Assembly: GCA_965207225.1 (NCBI GenBank)
Contig: CBDBLV010000005.1
Span: 1,664,001 to 1,728,000 of the forward strand
Origin: Dehalococcoidia bacterium
Lineage (GTDB): Bacteria > Chloroflexota > Dehalococcoidia > Plut-88900
Length of the DNA stretch: 64,000 nucleotides
Reading direction: 5' to 3'
The position numbers were made by a program, and so were the translations under genes. Under the pieces are notes generated by a model that saw only the letters and a list, made by a program, of their open reading frames with translations, was not told the origin of the DNA and searched no databases. Below are positions 38,839 to 48,400 of this stretch, piece after piece; position 1 is the stretch's first letter; each line of letters opens with the position of its first letter.

Positions 38839-39410
38839 TATTGCGTCCGTCCATTTCTTTGACTTGGGTCACAGGTGAGAATATCGAGAACCTGAGGCAG
38901 GGCCGACTCGGCTCGTTCCAGCAGAGCAACGTTGTCCAGGCTGCCGATGGGGTGCCGGACCCGGGCGTAGGGGTAGTCGGGGATGCCCCTCATGCGGGCT
39001 ATGGTCCTGGCGGGTATCTCGAACTCCTCGGTGATGATGACTGCGGTGGGTATTCCGTTCAGTTCCAATTCTATACCGTCGTGCAAACTGCACTGGCTGC
39101 AGGAGCCTCAGTCCCCGATGGCGAGCACCGCGATGTCGCACTCATTGGCGATTTGGAATATCAGGGAGGGGGGAGCGGGTCGGGTGGCGTCGGCCTTGGA
39201 GTAACGCACAATCCGGGTGGAATCCATTTCCGCAGCCAGCAAGGACGATAGCTTGTCCAGCAGGTTGCCGGCGTTGATCTTGGTGTTATCGACCAGGGCG
39301 ATAGTCTTGGCGTCCAGACCCGAGGGACGCGGCGCCATCGACACGCTGGCCGGTGGAGTTTCACCTCGGGGGTCCATGACCGGTATTCCTATGGGGTCTG
39401 GACTCGTCAT
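38838..39410 (-). CDS. UGSC-family selenoprotein (TGA 39108-39110 = U101)
   Basis: DNTK..LAIGD-TGA-GSCSQCSLHDGIELE..GIP in frame; hairpin GTGCA-GTT-TGCAC 19 nt downstream; ATGA overlap with upstream gene. Confidence 0.9.
39081..39107 (-). promoter_or_regulatory. Putative SECIS element
   Basis: GTGCA-GTT-TGCAC hairpin, loop 19 nt after UGA. Confidence 0.6.
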
Positions 39411-40468
39411 ATCGCACCTCCTGGTTTGGAGATCAGCGGTCGGGTGACGCTGCGGCTGTAATCGACCTCGCTGCCCCATGATACGAGGAATGCCGAGAAA
39501 CCGCCTGCACTCCCTCCCGCGGGTATGATTAGAAAGTCGTCGGGGAAAGCGGCGACTCCGGGCAGCCCTACTCCCTCCCGGAATTCGTTCTTCCCGCTGT
39601 CGGGGCGGGACCTCCAGTAGTCCATGGGCCTCTGCGTCGCCTCGTGGAGGAACTGCTGCACGTCTTTCTTGCTCCACCCGGCTCGTAGGATGTGATTTAG
39701 GTGCTCGGGGACGAGGATGACCATGATCTCGCAACCGCGGGCGTAGTAGGGGTAGGCGACGATGGCGTCGGCGATTCGGGTCAGGACTTCCTCTGCACTG
39801 TTGCTGCGGTGGTCGGAGACCTGGACAGGGGCGTAGCAGGCGAAGGCGGTCACTGCGTCTGTGGACTCGGGGATGCCGTAGTCGGAGCGGAGAGGAGGCC
39901 AGGGGGTCAAGGACTCGTCCTCGGAGATGCAGGAGGTGAACTTGCCCGGATTCCCGAGCGTCGACTTGTCCAGCACACCGGGCAGGGCCCCGCACACGTT
40001 CATCAGGATGAGTCGTATGGCCCTGCCGATGGTGGCGTTAGCCCGGGCCCCGGGGCCCAGCATGTTGACACCGCAGTTTATGCCAATCTCATCGACAATT
40101 GTCCCGCCGACCACCAGCATGTGAGAAGCGCCGGAGGTGCTGGCGGCGGTGGCATTGAGGCTGAACTCATCATCGACCATGGCCTCTATTCCGGCGACTA
40201 TGACCGGCATATAGTCGGGGAGGCAGCCGGCCATGATGGCGTTGAGGGCTACCTTCTCGGCGGTGATGGGGATTGCGCCGACGGAAACGGTGCCGACAAC
40301 GTCGTTGGGGCTCAGGGTGGCGGCATCCAGGAATTGGGCGAGGCGGTTGGGGGTGGGGGGAACAACAGGTAGGCCGTCGGTGAGGCCCTGCTGGAAATAG
40401 TATTCAACGGCCTCGAAGTAGTCGAGAGCCTGCTGGGGATTGGGTGACACGCCTTTCCTCATCCGCAC
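39407..40468 (-). CDS. Conserved hypothetical protein (TDGLPVVPPT family), UGSC partner
   Basis: TDGLPVVPPT, EKVALNAIMAGC, RANATIGRA, GNPGK motifs. Confidence 0.8.
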   Translation of the reverse strand: MRMRKGVSPNPQQALDYFEAVEYYFQQGLTDGLPVVPPTPNRLAQFLDAATLSPNDVVGTVSVGAIPITAEKVALNAIMAGCLPDYMPVIVAGIEAMVDDEFSLNATAASTSGASHMLVVGGTIVDEIGINCGVNMLGPGARANATIGRAIRLILMNVCGALPGVLDKSTLGNPGKFTSCISEDESLTPWPPLRSDYGIPESTDAVTAFACYAPVQVSDHRSNSAEEVLTRIADAIVAYPYYARGCEIMVILVPEHLNHILRAGWSKKDVQQFLHEATQRPMDYWRSRPDSGKNEFREGVGLPGVAAFPDDFLIIPAGGSAGGFSAFLVSWGSEVDYSRSVTRPLISKPGGAI

Positions 40469-40545
40469 CTGCGCACAAGCGCCGAGGCAATTATAACACT
40501 GTCTCGTGTATCGGCTGATAGAATAGGTCCGGAGGTCGAGCCAGA

Positions 40546-41937
40546 ATGGACGCTTTGATACAGAACGCGGTGGTGATTACCTGCGACGACGGTGGGTCAG
40601 TGATCGAAAATGGGGCTGTTGCGGTGCTTGGGAAGAGGATAGAGGAGGTTGGGGACTCGGGGGAGATGGAGAGGAAGTATGAGAGCCTGGACAGGATTGA
40701 TGCCTCCGGAAAGGCCTTGTTGCCGGGTTTCGTAAATGCCCACACGCACTCCGTACTCACAGTGCTTCGGGGCACAGTGGAGGACATGGGCGGCGATGCC
40801 ATCTATGGGTACATGTCACCCATCTCGTTCGCCATGACCACCGAGGACCGGCAGGCCATGAACGCCCTCGGGTGCCTGGAGGCTATCAGGTCGGGAACAA
40901 CGACGATGGTCGATCCCTTCCGGCACGTCTACCAGTACGCCCAGACAATGGCTGACTCGGGCGTAAGGCTATTCCTGAGCGAAAGCTGCGCCGACGCCCT
41001 CAACTTGAAAATCCGGTACGGCATCTACGAATACTCCGAAGAATGGGGACAGGAGTTCCTGGGTAGGGCCGAGCGGCTCATCGAAGAGTTTCACGGGATG
41101 GATGAGGGTCGGGTGCAGTGCCAGGTGGCGGCGCACGCACCGGACAACTGCTCACCCTGGATGCTGAGGAAGCTGCTGGACCTTTCGGAGAAGCACGGTC
41201 TGCGTAGGACGGTGCACCTGGCGCAAAGCCAGAAGGAGCTGGACCAGGTGAGAGCGGTGAGCGGGAAGTCCTCGGCGGGATATCTGCGGGACAACGGGTG
41301 GCTTGGTCGGGATGTGCTGGCGGCCCACTGGTTCTTCTGCGACGAGGCTGACGTCGAGATCCTCGCCGAGACCGGGACCCACATGGCCCACTGCCCGTCG
41401 CCCAGCGCTCGGACGGGCCGGTACCCGATCCCCAGGATGCCGAAAATCACCGACTCGGGGATAAACGTGACCCTGGGCACGGACAATATGACGGAGAATA
41501 TGTTTCACGCCCTGAACTTTGGGCTTGTGCTGAACCGTAGCCTGCGGCATGAGACACCACCCAAGCCCATGCCCCAGGACCTGCTGAACTGGGCGACGTT
41601 GAACGGGGCAAAGTCCGTCGGGATGGAGGATGAGCTTGGGTCAATAGAGGCCGGGAAGTTAGCTGATCTGACCTTCGTGGATTTGAGTCGGGCGCACCTT
41701 GTACCTGCGATAAGCCCGGTGTCGAACCTAGTGCACTATGGAGATGCGGGTGATGTTGACTCGGTCATGGTGGATGGGGAATTCGTGATGCGGGAGGGCA
41801 AGGTACTGACAATGGACGAGGATGAGGTCATTGAGAAGGCGAGAGAGTCGACGCTCAGGGTGTGGCAGCGGTTCAAAGAGGAATACGCAGATATCTACGT
41901 ACCCGCCTACCCGGGCCCCGACTTTCCGAAAAACTAG
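40546..41937 (+). CDS. Amidohydrolase (MtaD/SsnA-like deaminase family)
   Basis: PGFVNAHTH, HLAQ, LGTD, GSIEAGKLAD. Confidence 0.88.
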   Translation: MDALIQNAVVITCDDGGSVIENGAVAVLGKRIEEVGDSGEMERKYESLDRIDASGKALLPGFVNAHTHSVLTVLRGTVEDMGGDAIYGYMSPISFAMTTEDRQAMNALGCLEAIRSGTTTMVDPFRHVYQYAQTMADSGVRLFLSESCADALNLKIRYGIYEYSEEWGQEFLGRAERLIEEFHGMDEGRVQCQVAAHAPDNCSPWMLRKLLDLSEKHGLRRTVHLAQSQKELDQVRAVSGKSSAGYLRDNGWLGRDVLAAHWFFCDEADVEILAETGTHMAHCPSPSARTGRYPIPRMPKITDSGINVTLGTDNMTENMFHALNFGLVLNRSLRHETPPKPMPQDLLNWATLNGAKSVGMEDELGSIEAGKLADLTFVDLSRAHLVPAISPVSNLVHYGDAGDVDSVMVDGEFVMREGKVLTMDEDEVIEKARESTLRVWQRFKEEYADIYVPAYPGPDFPKN

Positions 41938-41968
41938 CTACACATGAAGAGATTTCCAAGGAGACACA

Positions 41969-43228
41969 ATGGCTGAACGAAGGCTCATAAACCCGGCTAA
42001 CTGGCCCTATTTCGATCATTCGAAAATGCCGTACTCGCTGGGAGCGGAGAAGAACGGCATCCTCTATCTGTCAGGGCAGACGGCGGAGCGGGAAAACCCC
42101 CAGACCGGGAAGATCGAGTGCATGGGAGACGCGGTGGAGCAGATGGACGTGATCATGGAGAAGCACAAGCTCTTGATCGAGGCCTGTGGCGGAACGCCAT
42201 ACGACATGACCAACCGCACGGTCTTCACGTCGGCGGCGGGCAGTCCGCCACTGTCGCACTATAAGCGCGCCTTCCGGTCGTCACCCACTGTTTCCCCGGA
42301 CACGTGGCGGAGCAATTTCGGGCCGAACTATGCGCCGGGCACGGGCCTTTACATGCAGGGCAACCTGAACCTGAACGCCATCTGGAGCGTTGACCTCGTG
42401 CTGGACATCAGCCCCGGCGAGAAGAAATATATCAACCCCGGCTACCCGCCCTTCCCGGAGAAGACCATCGCGTCCTACGAGAGCGGGACGAACCGGCCCG
42501 GGGTTCTCAAGAACGACATCCTGTGGAGCGCGGGTCAGGCGCCCTGGTACATCGACGAGAACGATGAGCGGGCCTGCCCGTGGTCGCTCTACGACCAGAC
42601 GAAGTACCTGTTCGAGAAGTTTGACATGATCCTGGCGGAAGGAGGAATGACCCGCGAGGACGTGATTATGACCCGGGACTACATTATCCCCGCCGCCCGA
42701 CCCTTCTACCGACAGACCGCTGACCTGCGCCGGGAGTTCTTCGGCGAGGAATTTCCGGCTTCCACGGGGGTCGTGTGCCTGGCTCTTAATGCCCCAGAGT
42801 GGATGATCGAGATCAACTTGGTCGCGGTGAAGGGAGGCAAGAAGGAGACAGTGCTGGCGGAAAGGGCCCACACGCAGGGGATTACCTTCCTGCCCGGCGT
42901 GAAGAAGGGCAACCTCTTCTTCGTCTCAGGGACTACGGGGCATCACCCGGAGACCGGGGCCCTGGCCGTCGGAGACTTGGAAGCCCAGACCCGACAGACC
43001 TACCAGAACATCGCCGAGGTGCTGGATGCCGGAGACGCCAGCTTCAAGGACGTGCTGAAGGTCACCGACTACATAGACGAAGCGGCTCTGCCCAACTACC
43101 AAAAGGCTATAGACGTGCGTCGGGAGTTCTTCGGGTCGGAGCTTCCGGCGGCATCCACAACCGTCGTCAACCGGCTCCTCGATCCCCAGGCCCTGATAGA
43201 GGTAGAGGCCATAGCGGTAGTCGACTGA
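41969..43228 (+). CDS. Triple-domain Rid (YjgF/YER057c/UK114) protein
   Basis: Three repeats each with a G.L(Y/W/F).(S/A)GQ/T segment and a terminal (I/V)E(I/V)-like strand. Confidence 0.8.
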   Translation: MAERRLINPANWPYFDHSKMPYSLGAEKNGILYLSGQTAERENPQTGKIECMGDAVEQMDVIMEKHKLLIEACGGTPYDMTNRTVFTSAAGSPPLSHYKRAFRSSPTVSPDTWRSNFGPNYAPGTGLYMQGNLNLNAIWSVDLVLDISPGEKKYINPGYPPFPEKTIASYESGTNRPGVLKNDILWSAGQAPWYIDENDERACPWSLYDQTKYLFEKFDMILAEGGMTREDVIMTRDYIIPAARPFYRQTADLRREFFGEEFPASTGVVCLALNAPEWMIEINLVAVKGGKKETVLAERAHTQGITFLPGVKKGNLFFVSGTTGHHPETGALAVGDLEAQTRQTYQNIAEVLDAGDASFKDVLKVTDYIDEAALPNYQKAIDVRREFFGSELPAASTTVVNRLLDPQALIEVEAIAVVD

Positions 43229-43232
43229 GGGA

Positions 43233-44411
43233 TTGGGCGTGAAGATAGAAAACATAAAGTCTTACCTCGTCTACTCCAAGGGCCATCGGGCTGGAATGAT
43301 CGGGGGGAAGCACTGGCTCTTCGTCAAGGTCGAGACGGACGAGGGCATCCACGGGTGGGGCGAGTGCTACACCCAGCTGGACAGGGACCGCGCCATCCAA
43401 GCCCACGCGGAGGAGCTGGGTCGCTACCTGGTCGGCAGGGACCCGTTCAACATCAAGCACACCACCCAGATGGCCTACGACGACTATGCCGGGCGTCGAG
43501 GGTCGATGGAGTTCTACTGCGCACTGAGCGGGATAGAGCAGGCGATGTGGGACGTGGTGGGGAAGAAGCTGGGCGTGCCGGTCTACCAGCTCCTCGGCGG
43601 GGCTTGCCGGGAGAAGATCCGGGTCTACGCCAACGGCTGGTACGGCGGAGCCAAGGACCCCGAGGACTTCGCCACCATGGCCAGAGAGGTGATTGAGCAG
43701 GGTTTCACCGCCTTGAAGTTCGACCCCTTCCCCGGGCCGTGGCGGCTGTACGTGGACAAGGAGGTCGAGGAAGCCGCCGTGGAGAACATCGCGGCGGTGC
43801 GGGGGGCGGTGGGGGAGAAGGTCGACATCCTGATTGAAGTGCACAGGCGCCTTTCGCCGATGAATGCAGTGCGTGTGGCAAAACAGGTCGAACGGTTCAG
43901 GCCCTTCTGGTACGAGGAGCCTGTACCATCGGAGAACCTGAAAGCCATGGCCGAGGTGAGGAGCCAGATCGACATCCCTGTGGTCACCGGCGAGGCCTTA
44001 TACGGCAAAGCCGCATTCCGTGAAGTCTTCGACAATCGGGCCGTTGACATAATCAATCCGGACGTCGCCAACTGCGGCGGTATCCTGGAGCTGAAAGAGA
44101 TTGCGGCCATGGCCGAGCCCCACTACGTGGCCGTCTCGCCGCACAACTACAACAGCACGTCGGTGGCCTTGGCCTCGACGGTGCAGGTGTCTGCGTGCAT
44201 CCCGAACTTCCTGATAACGGAATACTTCATCAACTTCGCTGAAAAGGCCAACGACATCACGGTCGACCCAATCCAGGTGAAGGACGGCTACATTCAGTTG
44301 CCCCAAACGCCAGGGCTGGGGATCGAGCTGGATGAGTCGAAGCTGGAGGCAGAAGGCTACGTACAGCCGCCGCCAAGGGCTTTGAAGACGTTCGACCAGG
44401 AGGGGCCGTAG
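43233..44411 (+). CDS. Mandelate racemase/galactonate dehydratase-like enolase
   Basis: VETDEGIHGWGE, LGVPVYQLLGG, KFDP, EEP, TGE, PHN. Confidence 0.9.
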   Translation: MGVKIENIKSYLVYSKGHRAGMIGGKHWLFVKVETDEGIHGWGECYTQLDRDRAIQAHAEELGRYLVGRDPFNIKHTTQMAYDDYAGRRGSMEFYCALSGIEQAMWDVVGKKLGVPVYQLLGGACREKIRVYANGWYGGAKDPEDFATMAREVIEQGFTALKFDPFPGPWRLYVDKEVEEAAVENIAAVRGAVGEKVDILIEVHRRLSPMNAVRVAKQVERFRPFWYEEPVPSENLKAMAEVRSQIDIPVVTGEALYGKAAFREVFDNRAVDIINPDVANCGGILELKEIAAMAEPHYVAVSPHNYNSTSVALASTVQVSACIPNFLITEYFINFAEKANDITVDPIQVKDGYIQLPQTPGLGIELDESKLEAEGYVQPPPRALKTFDQEGP

Positions 44412-44422
44412 AAGATGGAGGG

Positions 44423-45583
44423 TTAGAACTCCCCCTCGGGCTCCATTCCCAGGAAGTACTGGCCCGCCTTTTCATAGTGCTCGAAGCGTCCCTGGATCTG
44501 CTGGGTGATGACGTGGGAGTCCTGGAACCGGCGCTGGATCGGGTTGCGTTCGAAGATGGCGTCCGACCCACACAGGTTGTATGCCATGTCCGTGACCTGT
44601 GCCCCGACCCGTATGGCATGAGTGCTGGCCAGCCGCAGCTTGATCCGCTCATCGATTGTCAATGAGCCGTCGACACATACGGACTCCCATGCCCTCTCCG
44701 CCGCATCGAAAAGGAAGGCCCTTGCGGAGCGCCATGTGGCCTCGGCCTGTCCTATGCCCCGCTGAAAGGTGGACTTGTCTCTGAGCAGGGAACCTTCACG
44801 CTCGGCGCGCTTGTGGATTCCAAGCTCGATGGCCGCGTCCAGCCCGGCCCTCGCCACACCCAGGGCCACGCACCCGAACCCCGAGGAGAAAATCAGGGTC
44901 ATGGGCATCGCGTAGAGCGGCCCGTCATCCCAGGGCTTCTGACTCCAGAAGAAGGTGTGGGACTCGGGGACGAATAGGTCGTCGATTTCGAAGTTGAAGC
45001 TGCCCGTGCCCCGGAGGCCGTTCACGTCCCACACGTCTACCAGCTTCACCTGCTCTTTCGGCATGACCAGGAGCAGGTCGTCGGGGCTGCGGGAACGCAT
45101 CCGGGCCCCGATCTTGTTTTTCGGGACGAGGGCGACCATCCAGTTGGCATGATGACAGCCGCTGCTGAAACGCCAGCTTCCCGTTAGTCGATAACCGCCG
45201 TCGACGGGGATTACGTCGGCCTCTATGGGTGGGCCGTTGGCTAGTACGGCTCGTTCATCGCTCCAGATCTGCCGGGCTGTGGGCTCAGGGATCTTGGGGG
45301 CCTGCAGGGCGAGCACAGTGTTCTGGTTCACGCACCAGCCGGTTGAACCGTCGCCCTCTGCGAAAGTCTGGACGACCCTGAGGTAGTCTGGGTAGTCGAT
45401 TTCAAAGCCTCCCAACGCCCGGGGCACGAGCATGCGAAAGAACCCGCCGTCCGTAATGGCCTCAGCAACTTCCGTAGAGAGCTCTCGATAAAGAGTTCCC
45501 TCCCCAGCCGACTCCCGGACCAGAGGTTGAAGGCCACGCGCCGCCTCCAGGAACGATATTGTCTTTGCCAGCGCCGCAGCCAT
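44423..45583 (-). CDS. Acyl-CoA dehydrogenase-fold flavin-dependent monooxygenase (HsaA-like)
   Basis: W.FSSGC.HA.W, WDVNGLRGTGS, QRRFQD. Confidence 0.85.
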   Translation of the reverse strand: MAAALAKTISFLEAARGLQPLVRESAGEGTLYRELSTEVAEAITDGGFFRMLVPRALGGFEIDYPDYLRVVQTFAEGDGSTGWCVNQNTVLALQAPKIPEPTARQIWSDERAVLANGPPIEADVIPVDGGYRLTGSWRFSSGCHHANWMVALVPKNKIGARMRSRSPDDLLLVMPKEQVKLVDVWDVNGLRGTGSFNFEIDDLFVPESHTFFWSQKPWDDGPLYAMPMTLIFSSGFGCVALGVARAGLDAAIELGIHKRAEREGSLLRDKSTFQRGIGQAEATWRSARAFLFDAAERAWESVCVDGSLTIDERIKLRLASTHAIRVGAQVTDMAYNLCGSDAIFERNPIQRRFQDSHVITQQIQGRFEHYEKAGQYFLGMEPEGEF

Positions 45584-45584
45584 C

Positions 45585-46436
45585 CTAGATCTGGCTGTAC
45601 CCCGAACCTGGCTCGCTCACTCCTACACCCTGCCCTCCGCCCATCAAACCGTACTCCTTCAGGATTTCCTGGGTGTACGTGACCCGTCCTGTTATCTTTT
45701 CCAAGGGCTCGGTGGCGAGAAGTAGGGTGGCCTTGGCCATCAGTTCCGGGTGTTCCCCCCGGGGGTCGTCCATGCTGTCGACCAGCTTGTGATAGAGGGT
45801 GCCGGGGGTCGGGACTACCACCGACGGCGAGAGGCAGGTTACGGAAACTCCGTATTCGAAGACTTCAAGGGCAAGGCCCTGGGTGAACCGTTCAAGGGCG
45901 GCCTTCTCGGCGCCATAGCAGGTGTCCCCGATGTCCTCCTTGGATTTTTCATCGTACGGGCCTCGGCCCGGGCCTATGGCGGAGCTGGATGAAATGTTGA
46001 CTATGCTGCCACCCTTCTTGCTGATCATGTCGGGGAGCACGAGCTGGCTCAGCATGAAAGGGGCGTGGATGTTGACCGCCCAGGTGCGCATCCAACGGTT
46101 GAGCGGGTAGTCTTTGATGGGGATGAAGTAGGTCAGGGCGGCGTTGTTTACCAGGACGTCGGCGGGGCCATAAGCAGCCTTTGTCTCTTCGATCAGCCTT
46201 TCGCAGTCCTCAGGGAGGGAGATGTTGGCCGCCACCGGCGTGGCCTCGCCCCCCGACTCCCGGATCTGGGCGCAGGTCATCTCCAACGAGCCTTCGAGGA
46301 TGTGGTCGCCTTCTTTCAGGGTGCGGGCGACGCACACGACTCGGGCCCCTTCCTGGGCAAATAACTGGCTAATCCATGCGCCGATGCCCCTGCTTGCGCC
46401 CGTGACAATCGCAACTTTTCCGTCGAGTTTTCCCAT
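45585..46436 (-). CDS. SDR family oxidoreductase
   Basis: TGASRGIG, LVNNA, YGAEK. Confidence 0.9.
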   Translation of the reverse strand: MGKLDGKVAIVTGASRGIGAWISQLFAQEGARVVCVARTLKEGDHILEGSLEMTCAQIRESGGEATPVAANISLPEDCERLIEETKAAYGPADVLVNNAALTYFIPIKDYPLNRWMRTWAVNIHAPFMLSQLVLPDMISKKGGSIVNISSSSAIGPGRGPYDEKSKEDIGDTCYGAEKAALERFTQGLALEVFEYGVSVTCLSPSVVVPTPGTLYHKLVDSMDDPRGEHPELMAKATLLLATEPLEKITGRVTYTQEILKEYGLMGGGQGVGVSEPGSGYSQI

Positions 46437-46559
46437 TGATTTCTCCTCGGGCCGAAGGGCCCGGACCATATTATCACGTCTTTCCCAATGCCTATCGATA
46501 ACACCCGGCCATTGGAGTAATATGTCTACACCCCAAGCAGGACCAAGGAGAGGGCGAAG

Positions 46560-47432
46560 ATGGCGAAATACAACTATAAGACCGGGTTGCAGGAGATCGG
46601 GGACGGGGTGTTTGCCTACATCCGCGAGGGGATTGGGTGGGACATCTGCAACTCGGGGCTGATCGTTGGCGAGGAAGAGTGCCTGGTGGTTGATGCGATG
46701 ATGGTCGAGAGCATGGTCACGGCCTTCATGGAGGACGTTCGAAAGGTGACCGACAAGCCCGTCCGCTATGTAGTCGATACCCATCACCACGCCGACCACG
46801 CTTTCGGAAACCAGTTCTACCGGCCCCACGCCAACGTCGTCGGCCACGAGGGGTGTAGGGTATCTCTCCTCCGTCGGGGCGCCGACCCCGACGTCCTCAC
46901 AGATCGTTGGCCTCAATACGAAGACGACTGGCGGGTTCTCGAACTGACACCCCCTAACGTAACCTACGCCGACACCATGACCGTGCATCTCGGGGGCCGG
47001 AGCGTCGAGCTCATTCACCCCGGGCCTGCGCACACCTTCGGTGATACGCTTATCTACCTGCCCGATGAGAAGATTCTCTTCACGGGGGACGTGGCCTTCC
47101 AATACCTCGTGCCCCTGGCCGCCGACGGCCACGTCTCCAACTGGATCAAGGTCACCCGCGGCCTGAGAAACAAGATGGATGTCGAGACCCTCGTCACGGG
47201 GCACGGTCCCGTGGCGAGCAAGGATGCCATCGGCTGGACGCACCGCTACTTCAGGAGACTGAAAAAACACTGCAAGAAATACTTCCGCATGGGCAAGGGC
47301 CCGGATGACGCCGCCGCATCCTTCACGCTTGGCGAATTGGAGGGCTGGGAGGAGCCGGAGAGAAACTACATCAACGCCCGGCGCATGTTCATCGAGCTCA
47401 GGGGCGGATCTTTTGAGGAGCGCACGTCTTGA
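46560..47432 (+). CDS. MBL-fold metallo-hydrolase (cyclase-like)
   Basis: THHHADH, AHT.GD, TGD, GHG. Confidence 0.88.
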   Translation: MAKYNYKTGLQEIGDGVFAYIREGIGWDICNSGLIVGEEECLVVDAMMVESMVTAFMEDVRKVTDKPVRYVVDTHHHADHAFGNQFYRPHANVVGHEGCRVSLLRRGADPDVLTDRWPQYEDDWRVLELTPPNVTYADTMTVHLGGRSVELIHPGPAHTFGDTLIYLPDEKILFTGDVAFQYLVPLAADGHVSNWIKVTRGLRNKMDVETLVTGHGPVASKDAIGWTHRYFRRLKKHCKKYFRMGKGPDDAAASFTLGELEGWEEPERNYINARRMFIELRGGSFEERTS

Positions 47433-48388
47433 CTCAGGTTAAGACGCCCTTCTTCCGCGCCCGAAGGCTTGGGCACGCAAACCTCTTCGTCACCGACGTT
47501 GAGAGGTCGTTGGAGTTCTACAACAAGGTCGTGGGCCTGGAGGTTGTGTACAAGAAGGCAGCGATGGACGACCTCGATGGCCCGGCGGTCGGGGGCTTCC
47601 TGAGCAACGGGAACACGCACCATGACATCGCCGTGTTCAGGCATCCCGACGCCCCAAAACTGAACCACCTGGCTTTTGAGCTGGAGTGCGAGGCGGACCT
47701 GGTGGAAGGCTATCGTGCGGCGGTGGACTCGGGTGAAGAGTTCCGGGTGTCTGACCACAACATCACTCGGAGCCTCTACACCCGGGACCCGGACGGCAAC
47801 GGCATCGAAATCTACTCCGACTCGACAAAGGAGTGGCGCAAAATACGCGGCGACGGACGCACCGTCCGCTACGGCGAGCCCGACTGGACCCCCGGAGACC
47901 CGCCCCGCTTCACGGCAATCGACTCCCGCAATTACCACGAAGACCCGGAATTCCGTCGGGTAGAAGGGGCTGTGTTCCATCCCAAGCGCATTACCCATGC
48001 TGCACTGAGCGTGAATGATATTGAAGCGTCTCTACATTTCTATACCGAAGTGCTCGGGTTACGGGTGCTGTATGGGAGTGTCGCCGAAGACTGCGTAGAA
48101 CTTGGCGGCACCGCTGAGAACGGGCACATTATTCTCATATCGACCCCCGAAGCGGGAAACACGGGTCTGCACCACGCGGGGTTTGAGGTGTGGAATGATG
48201 CAGAGCTTGAAGAGAGCAGACACAAGCTGGAAGGGTCGGATGTGATGCTGAACTGGAGGTTGGATGGGGACGGGAGTCAAGGGGTGGCGATTCGTGACCC
48301 GGATGGGTTTTTGTTGGAGTTTTGGGCGGGAGAGGCGCCGAGACTAAATGCCTTGGTGTCGGGGCCAGTTATGCAGACAGGCGCTTGA
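47429..48388 (+). CDS. VOC family protein (two-domain, extradiol dioxygenase-like)
   Basis: LGHANL, HHDIA, NHLAF, DPDGNGIE. Confidence 0.82.
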   Translation: MTQVKTPFFRARRLGHANLFVTDVERSLEFYNKVVGLEVVYKKAAMDDLDGPAVGGFLSNGNTHHDIAVFRHPDAPKLNHLAFELECEADLVEGYRAAVDSGEEFRVSDHNITRSLYTRDPDGNGIEIYSDSTKEWRKIRGDGRTVRYGEPDWTPGDPPRFTAIDSRNYHEDPEFRRVEGAVFHPKRITHAALSVNDIEASLHFYTEVLGLRVLYGSVAEDCVELGGTAENGHIILISTPEAGNTGLHHAGFEVWNDAELEESRHKLEGSDVMLNWRLDGDGSQGVAIRDPDGFLLEFWAGEAPRLNALVSGPVMQTGA

Positions 48389-48400
48389 TTGCCCTGGGTG

